DNA of 64,000 nucleotides. Origin: a virus. Location of the stretch: the IMG/VR virus record IMGVR_UViG_3300042884_001120, positions 90,361 to 154,360 of that record, one strand, 5' to 3'. The translations under genes were made by a program, and so were the position numbers. This document shows, piece after piece, positions 55,423 to 64,000 of the stretch (positions are counted from its first letter, which is position 1; every line of letters starts with the position of its first letter). The notes under the pieces are model-generated. The model had not been told where the DNA came from. It worked only from the letters and a program-made list of their open reading frames with translations, and searched no databases.

Positions 55423-56427
55423 TTACCCCAATATCGTAACACCATCTGCTAGCGCAGTCAACTCTTTCTGGTCGTTTTGTGGGCACAATCCGTCCAATTG
55501 CTTGAGATAGTTCAAGCCCTGCTGGGTAATCTTTCTGCCACCTTGTGCAACCTCCATTAGGCCATGCTTGAGAAGGTAAAGCTCAAACTCGCTACGGATA
55601 GCATTTGCTGAAAGCCCAGTAACCGCACTCAAATTTGTGAGCGAACAAGTGCCACGATCCTTGAGTATTCTCAATACCTGTAGTTCAGTATTCTCTAGTC
55701 CTAGCGGCAGGATACCGAGGACGCACTTTACGTCTTCCCACTCTTTACGACCAATGTCGTTCAAATTGTGCCGCTTGGCAAATTGAGTAAGATTATCTTT
55801 TGCCATTAGGGTTGCATTTCTGGCATTACCACGGCAAGTGGAACTAATCTCCTTGAGAACTTCTGGACTATAAGTAAGCTCATCCGAATTGTGCTCGACA
55901 ATCTTTGCCAAATCGTCGTAGTTATACTCTTCCATGTGGATCATCTTGCACCTATCCTTTAGCGGCGTAATGACTTTCTGTGGATCTGTAGTGGCAAATA
56001 TAAAACTCACCTTGGTAAAATCAAACTCTATATTATAGTCATCAAACCTAAGAGTATTTCTATTATACTTATTAGGATTAAGAACTGTTAGTAGGCAAGT
56101 CTGAACTGGTTCCGGCATCTCGTGCGCCTCGTCAAAGAAAACCGTGATGTGCTGGTCTCTGATGTAGGTCAGGGCAATGTCCTCGACAAACTGGCGAACG
56201 TTCTTGAGCGTAGAGCAGTTGATCGTGAGCATGGGTTTAACACGCCCTAGAGTCTTGCTACGTAGGTTCTTTGCCACCTGTGTAGCCAACATGGTTTTTC
56301 CCTGTCCACGCTGACCTACCACGAATAAATGAGGGAGTATTTCACTCTTCTCAAATGCATCTATATAGAAAGACAAGACGCGCTTGGTTTTGTCCTGACC
56401 GATCATCTCCTCGAAGTAATTTTCCAT
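55423..56427 (-). CDS. ruvB: RuvB-like AAA+ ATPase
   Basis: FEEMIGQ, GQRGQGKT, FFDEAH, ATT, PLKDR, RGNAR, C-terminal winged helix ELYLLKHG...GRKIT. Confidence 0.8.
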   Translation of the reverse strand: MENYFEEMIGQDKTKRVLSFYIDAFEKSEILPHLFVVGQRGQGKTMLATQVAKNLRSKTLGRVKPMLTINCSTLKNVRQFVEDIALTYIRDQHITVFFDEAHEMPEPVQTCLLTVLNPNKYNRNTLRFDDYNIEFDFTKVSFIFATTDPQKVITPLKDRCKMIHMEEYNYDDLAKIVEHNSDELTYSPEVLKEISSTCRGNARNATLMAKDNLTQFAKRHNLNDIGRKEWEDVKCVLGILPLGLENTELQVLRILKDRGTCSLTNLSAVTGLSANAIRSEFELYLLKHGLMEVAQGGRKITQQGLNYLKQLDGLCPQNDQKELTALADGVTILG

Positions 56428-56467
56428 ACCTTCTTTTAAACTAGTTTTGGGTGTGGGTCAATACTTT

Positions 56468-56788
56468 TTATTCGAAACTTTCAAGCTCGACCGAAACCTT
56501 CTGAACAAGTTCGGTCAATAGAGGCGCACCGGATTTCTCTGTCTTTTCCGTTGCCTCTACCTCATCTTCAAAGGTGTCCAATTCCACGTCGCTCTTGCCA
56601 CCAGCAACTGCAGCGATAAGTGCGTCTGGCTTGGCATCGATCTTCTTACCGGATAGTCCTAGCATCTGTGCATATCTACCCCACACAATTACTCGTGCGT
56701 TTGGTTTAAGATTTGCATTAAGCTCCGCGAGCGAAACACTCATGAAACTTCCACTGCCAGCTTTACGTCCTCGTTTGTTGTTTGTCAT
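56468..56788 (-). CDS. hypothetical DNA-binding protein (KRGRK N-terminus)
   Basis: 106 aa, basic N-terminus and acidic C-terminus. Confidence 0.6.
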   Translation of the reverse strand: MTNNKRGRKAGSGSFMSVSLAELNANLKPNARVIVWGRYAQMLGLSGKKIDAKPDALIAAVAGGKSDVELDTFEDEVEATEKTEKSGAPLLTELVQKVSVELESFE

Positions 56789-56808
56789 TTTTAATTTGTT
56801 TTTAATTG

Positions 56809-56893
56809 TGGTGCTCTAGGAGGGACTCGAACCCCCATGTATTGCTACATCAGATCCTAAGTCTGACGCGTCTGCCAATTTCGCCACTAGAGC
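56809..56893 (-). tRNA. tRNA-Leu(TAG)
   Basis: class II cloverleaf, CCA; TTGACA-17-TAATAT promoter. Confidence 0.92.
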
Positions 56894-57254
56894 ATGGTAT
56901 TATATTACAGGTAATTGTCCCCTGTGTCAACTTTTAATTCATTTTTATTCTAACCCCGAATTAATTGCCTGATATTAATTTTAATAAAAATACTATGATT
57001 GCTGATATGATTAAACATGTTTTTCCGTCCATGTTTATTATACGTATTATTTGGCATTTTTCTATTCGTAAATAAGTATTATATTATTTGGCCGTTTCGC
57101 GTTCGTAAATTTACTTATCAGTCTTACGTTTCTTTTTCCAATCAATTAAATCATAGTTATCTTTATATTTTTTTGAATAGCTTGACCTATCCTTATCACC
57201 CTTCCCGGCGCCGGTACTCTTATTTGGCGTGTTTTCGTTCATAAATTATTTAAA

Positions 57255-57734
57255 TTAAATTTCTTCTAGTTCTGCTATTGGTAGGTTATGGCAATCCCCT
57301 TTGAATTTCCAACCAAGGTGGCTCTTCTCGTCAACGTCGCCCTTTTTGCAAAACCTAGCCTGTTTAAAATACTTTTTTGGCTTTTTCTTTCCTAGTATCC
57401 ATGCTTTTGAAAAATCATCCATAACACGTACAAATACATAATAATCACATTCTTGTCCTGTATTTGCTTCTGATATACTGCATTCGTATTCTGGCTTTGG
57501 CTTACTAGTACAACGCTTTGTCTTTACTTCATATCTAATCTCATCTTTTATTACATCATATTCATATGTATCGGCGTCCTCGGCTTTTAAATGTCTAGCC
57601 ACTAGACCCTGACCAATATAACCAGCAATATTTCCGGCACCTTTTGTAATACTATTATGTAAACGTCCTAATTTTTTACTACGTTTAATAGCATTTATTA
57701 AAATATATTGTGGTATATCAGTTATTTCGATCAT
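57255..57734 (-). CDS. PD-(D/E)xK endonuclease-like protein
   Basis: YEYDVIKDEIRYEVKTK...CDYYVFVRV; start MIEITD. Confidence 0.65.
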   Translation of the reverse strand: MIEITDIPQYILINAIKRSKKLGRLHNSITKGAGNIAGYIGQGLVARHLKAEDADTYEYDVIKDEIRYEVKTKRCTSKPKPEYECSISEANTGQECDYYVFVRVMDDFSKAWILGKKKPKKYFKQARFCKKGDVDEKSHLGWKFKGDCHNLPIAELEEI

Positions 57735-57769
57735 ATTATTTGGCAATTTCGTGTTCGTAAATAAGGAGG

Positions 57770-57860
57770 TGGAGGAGCGAGTGGGATTCGAACCCACGGA
57801 ACCGGTTAGGGTTCGGCTGTTTAGTAAACAGCTCCTTTATGACCGCTCAGGCACCGCTCC
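57770..57860 (-). tRNA. tRNA-Ser with ACT anticodon
   Basis: class II cloverleaf, GCTGT-TTACTAA-ACAGC, CCA. Confidence 0.8.
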
Positions 57861-57903
57861 CAGTATCAATTACTTATTATTTAGCAACTTTTTGTTCACA
57901 AAT

Positions 57904-58815
57904 TCAATATAATACATTACTTATTTGGCAATTTCTATTTCGCAAATGTGGTATTACACTCAATTCTTTTTTCTTTGCTTCTACTTCTATATCATATGGA
58001 GAATCCGGCATCTTGGATACGTAGTCACTGTGGGCCACATCCTTTTCATGGGCCCGGCCCTCTGACCAATGCTGTACGGGGTCATTATTTGGCCAACTTT
58101 CGCTCGTAAATTTAACTATTTCCTCCAGAGTATACTCATCTTCATGGTGTGGATTAATTAATAGATGATGAAAATCTAATGTAATAGGTACTTTAAAGTG
58201 TTTCTTTATATTGCCGGGCTTCCAATAGCCACTCTGCTCGTTCTCAAATACCAATCTTCTAGTAACACTTAAGGGTAGTAGTTCTAAACTCTCCTTAACA
58301 TTATCAACTACAGCTTCTCCTTTAGTACCATTACTTATATGTATATTTATAGGACAATCATAATTACAAGGTAGTTCTAATAAGTCTAAAAGTTCTCCAT
58401 GATACTCTAGATGGGCTATACTATTAACCCTTGTCTGCTTATTTGGCGAACCCAAGCTCACAAATTGGCCGGGGTGAATAGTTAGCCTGCCGCCTAGACT
58501 TCTATAAAGTCTTAGGACATGCCGGGCCGGTTCTACAAACTCCCTCATCCACTCACTGTCTAGACTATCCTTCCAAAGATACCCCCACTTCTCATGATCT
58601 GCAAAAGGAATAAGATCACTACTAATCCTATATAAGAATATATTATTTGCAATATTCCAATTAGTAATTTTTACCAATAAGTTTATATTATGTTCTACTA
58701 TACTCTTCCACTTTTCTTCTACTAGGTTCTCATTCTTGTTTGCCCAAGTGAGCTTCATAGTTTTAAAACTCTCCTCTAGGGTAAGATTTATACAGCAATA
58801 ACCAGTACGGTGCAT
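57904..58815 (-). CDS. uvsE: UV damage endonuclease
   Basis: GYCCIN, YRISSDLIPF, TIHPGQF, FENE, DFHH, HSDY, EVEAKKKE. Confidence 0.88.
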   Translation of the reverse strand: MHRTGYCCINLTLEESFKTMKLTWANKNENLVEEKWKSIVEHNINLLVKITNWNIANNIFLYRISSDLIPFADHEKWGYLWKDSLDSEWMREFVEPARHVLRLYRSLGGRLTIHPGQFVSLGSPNKQTRVNSIAHLEYHGELLDLLELPCNYDCPINIHISNGTKGEAVVDNVKESLELLPLSVTRRLVFENEQSGYWKPGNIKKHFKVPITLDFHHLLINPHHEDEYTLEEIVKFTSESWPNNDPVQHWSEGRAHEKDVAHSDYVSKMPDSPYDIEVEAKKKELSVIPHLRNRNCQISNVLY

Positions 58816-59902
58816 GGTTTTATGATAGTTCTAAATGGGTACAAATGCAAGATAATTCTATATAATCCTTACAGATATGACTAAATGTATCTAAATTTGT
58901 TATTATTTTAATTGACTTTTAAATCAAAAATGGCCCCAATCAGCCGGGCCGATATGTCCAATTTACTCTGTAGTTATTAAGCCGGGCCTAGGGGTAAATA
59001 CAAAAAATTAATACATGCTATAAATGATCTTACTCAACCAAAAACTAATTGAATTATACTGCACTGTATCAACCACGTTCCTATATAATCTTATGTTTTT
59101 TATTTTTCTTCTAATTTTCTCCCTGCGCTTTTTCCTTTGCGGACAACTCAACACCGGAACACTCTCCCTTAACATTTTTAATATATGAATTGGCATTTTA
59201 CTCTGTTAATTAGGGGTTTTATAAGGAATTCATACTATAATGAGAATATGTTTATGTAAATTAATCTACACACGATTTATTTTTACAATTATTTTTTATT
59301 TTTGTAAATTTTTATAATTATATAAGTGGCAATGTTATTTTTACTTTATAACACTACTACTTCTATATACAATATATACAGTATATCTATTATATTCCTT
59401 TCATTACTACTTACTGTTTACTTTATACCTATTACTACTTATATTCTACTTATATATGAAACGTTTATTTACCCTATTAGAAGAAGTGTTTATTTCTCTT
59501 ATTTCTACAGTGTTATTTTGTGTTTTTAGGGTGTTTGGAAGGTAGGTTTTTGTGGGGGGTGTGGTAGGGGTATTATAGGGTGTATTTGGGGGTGCGATAG
59601 GGCGGGTGATTGGGTGTTTAAAACTGTACCCGATAGGGGCGGTACGGATTAGTAGTACAGGGAAATAGGGGGTAAGATGTTCCCGATAGGGTATAGTAAA
59701 ATTAAATGTAAATATATTTAAATCTTGTAAGTATATAAAAGGATAGGGTAAACTGTATTTAGGGTTTATTAAGGGTATATATGTGAGTATAAACAGTATA
59801 AGAATTGTATTTTAAAGTGCCCGGGGCTGTATTTTAATATATAATTGTGTAATTTATATGCGTTAGTGTAATATGTTATAAATAATTTAGCTTAAAGCAC
59901 TT
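58816..59902. other. AT-rich non-coding region with G-tract block; candidate replication origin
   Basis: no credible ORF; strong strand asymmetry; divergence point; adjacent iteron-like array. Confidence 0.4.
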
Positions 59903-60547
59903 ATGAACATAACCCTTCTCCCTGCTGGAATTTATAGTACCCCATACCGTATAATAGTAAATCTCCAATGGGAAATGGATATGGTATACGGATGGAAAAG
60001 AAATCTTGTTAAAGATGGTCTAATTTGGTCTTATCAATGGGAACTATATGTGGATGTACCATTTTCTAGCGTTTTCCCGCGAGTGAACAATTGGTCGCCA
60101 CTAGATAACATTATACCACCATGTTGTGGTGGTAACAATCAAAACCTGTTACTTTTTAAGACTTGGGCGACGGATTGGGCAATGGGGAGTATTGTAAGAC
60201 AAACAAAAGCCAATATGTTGTATGACCTTCGAGGAAGGCCTAGTGAATGGCCACCTAGACCACAACAGAATGGAGTGCCAAATGAATTTGATCTTTGTAA
60301 TCGTAGAACACATAGGGATATTGGTAATACAAATATTGAAATACCAATTGTACTCATACGTAAGCAAAACTGTGATCAAACTTGTCAATGTACAATAAAA
60401 TCAGTTGGTGGCGATTGGCGATTAAATCTCCAACCATTCCAAATACAGCCTATAAATAACTGTCCAGGCCCAGTCGGGGTTCCATATCTACAACCCCTTG
60501 TTCCTCCACTTCCAACCGTCTTTAGCGTAGATTTAAATACAGCATAG
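59903..60547 (+). CDS. Pro/Cys-rich hypothetical late protein
   Basis: 214 aa, two GTGTAA motifs upstream. Confidence 0.6.
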   Translation: MNITLLPAGIYSTPYRIIVNLQWEMDMVYGWKRNLVKDGLIWSYQWELYVDVPFSSVFPRVNNWSPLDNIIPPCCGGNNQNLLLFKTWATDWAMGSIVRQTKANMLYDLRGRPSEWPPRPQQNGVPNEFDLCNRRTHRDIGNTNIEIPIVLIRKQNCDQTCQCTIKSVGGDWRLNLQPFQIQPINNCPGPVGVPYLQPLVPPLPTVFSVDLNTA

Positions 60548-60615
60548 GTAATTACTTATTAAAGGGAAGGGTTCCCGATACCTAACTGTTTACATTAGGT
60601 TATTATAATAATGTA

Positions 60616-62007
60616 TTAGGGACATGGACACCAAATACCACCGCACTGTAATGGTGCGTTCATAGTTAGAGACGCACCACTAATTACGAGCGAGGCGCCA
60701 GCTGCGGCCTCTTCGCCTTCTATTAGTTTGTTATTAGAATAAACTCTATTACCGCAGTTATCAATGGCCAGAGCTTCAACACTGGAACGGGTTACGGAAA
60801 ATGCTACGGGTTGGGCGGGCCAAGATACTGTAATAGTATCATCTGGCCCCTCTAAAGTACCAACGAGTACTGGATCGCATCCAGCAAACGTCGCTTGATA
60901 GCCCGGACTTCCTGCATATCCACCATTTCTATAAACGCTTACTGGATACGAGATTCCTGTTTTACATCCATTTGCTGATAAGTATTCTTCTTGCAATGGG
61001 GAGCATCCACTCAAGTCAGTACGCTCACGTCTCTGGGTGAAAGCTTCACCATAACATACCTGTTCACAAGAAGGTGTCCATTCAGTCCATTCGCTCCAGT
61101 TTTCTTGACAGCAGAATTGTCCCGAAGGTTCGGTACTAAATACCCTATCATAACAATCCGAATAATCAAATGTAACAAAAGCGTGTTCAAGTATTCCACC
61201 TATTCTTTGGGGTTCATCAATTGTACAGCGTTTGTAAGAAACTATCTGACCGTTTCTATCAACAGCGACCCCCTCTACGTGGGAAAATGTTTCTCCGCCG
61301 CCACAAGTTATTTTTGTGAACTCTTTTGAGCGCATCATTGGCTTGTCAAATTTAGGTAAGTTTGGAGTACTTGACATACTCAAAAAAGAATATGTTGTAT
61401 TCCAGAACTCCGGATAAGCTTGAACACCATTAATGTCGGGAGGTGGCGTATAATTTGCCGTTCCCAATGCTTCAAAACTGCCAATTAGCCCCTCATTTCC
61501 TACTGAAGTAATGGGAATAATTGGGTATTTGTTCCAACTAAATGCTATTTGTGGCTTTGGGGGTTCACTGGGGTTGGCGGCAATTTGAGCATCATTTGCG
61601 CGCGATAGAATGTTAAGATCATAAAAATTATCAGAAAGAGAAAAATAACCGGGACCACTAAGCGTAACACCCTTACGAACTGGCTTTGTTATCTGTCCAA
61701 CCAACTCCCAATTACAGCCAGAGGCGTAATAAGTACGAATTCCGCTTACGCCAGTCGTATATGAAATGCTAGCTGTTTTATATATTGATATTGGACACAT
61801 TTCGTCTTGCTCATAACAAGGAGAGCCGTTAGATTCTAAACAGGTTAAACAGTTTTCGTCATTTTGACACGTGTCACATCCTGTTCCGCTAAATGGGGGA
61901 ATTGTTGTAAACTGTGCGCCATTATAAATTAATGCCGCCTCCTGATCATATTGTGCTACTTTTTCGCGCAAAAGGCTTATTAATGTAGCGGTATCAAGTA
62001 CACTCAT
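60616..62007 (-). CDS. Cys-rich putative virion protein with TSP1-like motif
   Basis: WSEWTEWTPSCEQVC...TQRRERT..GC; follows the fibre-like gene. Confidence 0.6.
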   Translation of the reverse strand: MSVLDTATLISLLREKVAQYDQEAALIYNGAQFTTIPPFSGTGCDTCQNDENCLTCLESNGSPCYEQDEMCPISIYKTASISYTTGVSGIRTYYASGCNWELVGQITKPVRKGVTLSGPGYFSLSDNFYDLNILSRANDAQIAANPSEPPKPQIAFSWNKYPIIPITSVGNEGLIGSFEALGTANYTPPPDINGVQAYPEFWNTTYSFLSMSSTPNLPKFDKPMMRSKEFTKITCGGGETFSHVEGVAVDRNGQIVSYKRCTIDEPQRIGGILEHAFVTFDYSDCYDRVFSTEPSGQFCCQENWSEWTEWTPSCEQVCYGEAFTQRRERTDLSGCSPLQEEYLSANGCKTGISYPVSVYRNGGYAGSPGYQATFAGCDPVLVGTLEGPDDTITVSWPAQPVAFSVTRSSVEALAIDNCGNRVYSNNKLIEGEEAAAGASLVISGASLTMNAPLQCGGIWCPCP

Positions 62008-62017
62008 TTTGATTAAA

Positions 62018-64000
62018 TTAGTTTGATGAAGAGGTCGCCATTAAAACATATACAGTTTCAGTTTGTCCACCTGTACATATCCTGAGTGGTCTAAATCTGG
62101 CCGTCTTACCCTGCAGAGCTGAGACATCCATTATAATTTCTCCCCCACCTCCGCCTGCTCCTGTCATATGTAATACACTAGGAGCTATTGATACATTACC
62201 ATCAGGATTTGTTATAGCTATAGCATCATCTACAATTTCTACTTTCTTATCTTGATACTTAATCCGTAAGCCAGTACTGCCCATTTCCCCCACGTAGTCG
62301 TTTGATTGGTTTGAGAATTTTAAACCTTCCGCCCCATATTCCCCCTTGAATTGAAAGGAATCTAATATTTTTATTCCTGTTTCTGCTATTAAAAGTTTTG
62401 CAGCTGTCGCTATGTCCTGTGCGTTTGATGGAGTAATACTATTTAAATTAGGTACTATAGCTATGGTATTTGAAAACAGTACGTTCGCTCTTAGCATAGG
62501 AATAACCGCTTCCATAACTACTTGTCCTAAAACTGCTAATGAGCCACCATTTATTGTACCGCCAGTATCGCTAGTGTAGAATACTTGATTTAAAAGCGCA
62601 GGGCCGTTTGCGCCCACAAACGCCTTGATAGAATTCTTGATCAAATTGCTAGTTGTACCAGCTTGGTCGATAAACTTTGCAAAAATTTCATCTCTTTTAG
62701 CCCCAATCTTCTGAAAAAGGGGAGGGTTTGGATTTGTAAGGCTAGTAGCAAACATTGGTGACAAAATTTGGTCTTGGTTGTCGTCAACGAATTCTACAAT
62801 TGAGTCCCTAATTTCGGGAGTTGTTGATCCTGTAGCAGAAATTATTTGATTGAATATACCATTCCTATTTTCTTTTATATACCTCTCTAAACGATCTTTT
62901 ATTTCTTGAGTAACATTACCATTTGCATCTATTATTTTATATACAATATCATTTTTATTTCTATCAATGAATTCTATAATTGAATCTTTGATTTCGGTTT
63001 TTGTATCGCCATTTGGTTCAATAATTTTAGCAAACAAGTCCTTATCATTTTTTTCTACGAATTCTATAATTGCATTCTTAATTTGGGTGGTTTTGGCATT
63101 GCCGTTTTCATCTATAAATTTATAAAAAAGATTATTTATAGTGCCATCAGTACAACCAGCGGAAATAATTTTATCTAAAACTAAACACCAGTCTATACAA
63201 CTTTGGGAAACAGTGGTACTATTTATAACGTCATTTATAACTGTACATAAATTAAAACCGCAAACATTAGCTGGACCATTAACTTGTATTTCTGCTGGTA
63301 TTAGGTTTAAAATATCGCAAGGATTGGGTATAAGCCCACTTACGTAACCACGTATTCCACTTCTTAATTGACCTAATTTGGTTTGGTCGGAAACACAGTT
63401 AGCTACCCCCTCAGAAATAGATGCCGCTATATATGCATTTATTTTATTTTCTACTTTTATAGAATATTCACAAGCTCCACCATTAGGGCTATTTGGGTTA
63501 TTTGGATCATAGCTAGGACAATCAAATGCGGCTAAAAGCTTTTGATTATAATTTTGCATACCATTATAACTTTGATCTAAGCCCGGATGATCACACAAAT
63601 CGCCAGTATAAACTGTTTGAGAGCCTGAGCTGACAGTACATGGGTCAAAACTATTAAATAACTCTACTAAGTGCTTTGAAACTCTAGTATCAATAGCAAG
63701 GGCCAAATCACAATCACAATCGCCGCTAATAACAGTGTCTATCCCAGAGAAATTACATAGGTCTAGGTTTATGCCGCTAATATCTGAAGCATTATGCCTA
63801 TGACCAACTAACGAATAATTACCCAACGCTTGTTTTCCACTCAGTGCCGACTGTAACCCTGTAACGTCTGAAATCGCATGAGTATGCGTAGCATTTGCGT
63901 AGTTACCCGTAACTTGCTTCGCATCTAGCGCAGACTGTAACCCTGTAACGTCTGAAATCGCATGAGTATGCGTAGCATTTGCGTAGTTACCCGTAACTTG
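62018..64000 (-). CDS. tail fibre-like protein (5' partial; frame open to window end)
   Basis: HTHAISDVTGLQSAL repeats (HxH fibre motif), Cys-rich segment, ~30-aa helical repeats. Confidence 0.7.
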   Translation of the reverse strand, partial: QVTGNYANATHTHAISDVTGLQSALDAKQVTGNYANATHTHAISDVTGLQSALSGKQALGNYSLVGHRHNASDISGINLDLCNFSGIDTVISGDCDCDLALAIDTRVSKHLVELFNSFDPCTVSSGSQTVYTGDLCDHPGLDQSYNGMQNYNQKLLAAFDCPSYDPNNPNSPNGGACEYSIKVENKINAYIAASISEGVANCVSDQTKLGQLRSGIRGYVSGLIPNPCDILNLIPAEIQVNGPANVCGFNLCTVINDVINSTTVSQSCIDWCLVLDKIISAGCTDGTINNLFYKFIDENGNAKTTQIKNAIIEFVEKNDKDLFAKIIEPNGDTKTEIKDSIIEFIDRNKNDIVYKIIDANGNVTQEIKDRLERYIKENRNGIFNQIISATGSTTPEIRDSIVEFVDDNQDQILSPMFATSLTNPNPPLFQKIGAKRDEIFAKFIDQAGTTSNLIKNSIKAFVGANGPALLNQVFYTSDTGGTINGGSLAVLGQVVMEAVIPMLRANVLFSNTIAIVPNLNSITPSNAQDIATAAKLLIAETGIKILDSFQFKGEYGAEGLKFSNQSNDYVGEMGSTGLRIKYQDKKVEIVDDAIAITNPDGNVSIAPSVLHMTGAGGGGGEIIMDVSALQGKTARFRPLRICTGGQTETVYVLMATSSSN
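63849..64000 (-). repeat. 84-bp tandem coding repeat
   Basis: 63849-63916 identical to 63933-64000. Confidence 0.9.

Larger units (their letters stand above)
57047..58465 (+). repeat. 8 direct copies of TTATTTRGC-N10-TCRYAAAT
   Basis: copies at 57047, 57084, 57220, 57736, 57877, 57921, 58085, 58439. Confidence 0.85.

Noticed and set aside
57017-59529. Short ORFs 57017..57244, 59008..59196, 59326..59529
   Set aside because: Low-complexity AT-rich frames over the iteron/origin-like region; no promoter-start geometry or plausible composition
1-64000. Stop-codon reassignment
   Set aside because: Genes are full length in code 11, TAG and TGA both terminate genes, and no suppressor anticodon was found

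Overview
Segment of a large tailed dsDNA phage genome (Caudoviricetes). It is probably siphovirus-like: 1929-aa tape measure, tail-tube gene and no sheath gene in the window. The host is probably Gram-negative, possibly PVC superphylum (inferred from the spanin-like lipoprotein and autotransporter-type PATR repeats). 1-32.2 kb: mostly minus-strand, AT-rich late/morphogenesis region (tail, head-tail connectors, capsid, protease-scaffold, lysis trio, portal, TerL, ERCC4 nuclease, sigma-like factor, PhoH, Hsp20, receptor-binding proteins). Its operons share an upstream GTGTAA motif. 32.2-32.7 kb: non-coding strand switch, possibly the genome end. 32.7-46 kb: plus-strand early region of tiny genes, many with their own sigma70 promoter placed so the mRNA is leaderless. 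Recurring across 33.8-52.9 kb are 13 copies of a ~45-bp bipartite repeat (IHF-consensus palindrome + GCCSGGC-CCC-GCCSGGC). 43.2-44 kb: tRNA-flanked cluster of three candidate structured ncRNAs. The window has 14 tRNA genes in total, including one CAU tRNA split by a 201-nt group I intron next to a free-standing HNH gene, a long-arm UAU tRNA and an ACU tRNA. 44.6-59 kb also holds two HhH-GPD glycosylases, rIIA/rIIB, a RuvB-like ATPase, UvsE and an 8-copy 27-bp iteron-like motif beside an AT-rich/G-tract non-coding region. 60-64 kb: Cys-rich (TSP1-like) and fibre-like late genes. The strongest novelty candidates are the repeat-delimited leaderless early-gene cassette system, the ncRNA cluster, and a GYIPNFA-bracketed nuclease-like cargo inside the tape measure protein. 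All calls come from reading motifs by eye; no database searches were run.
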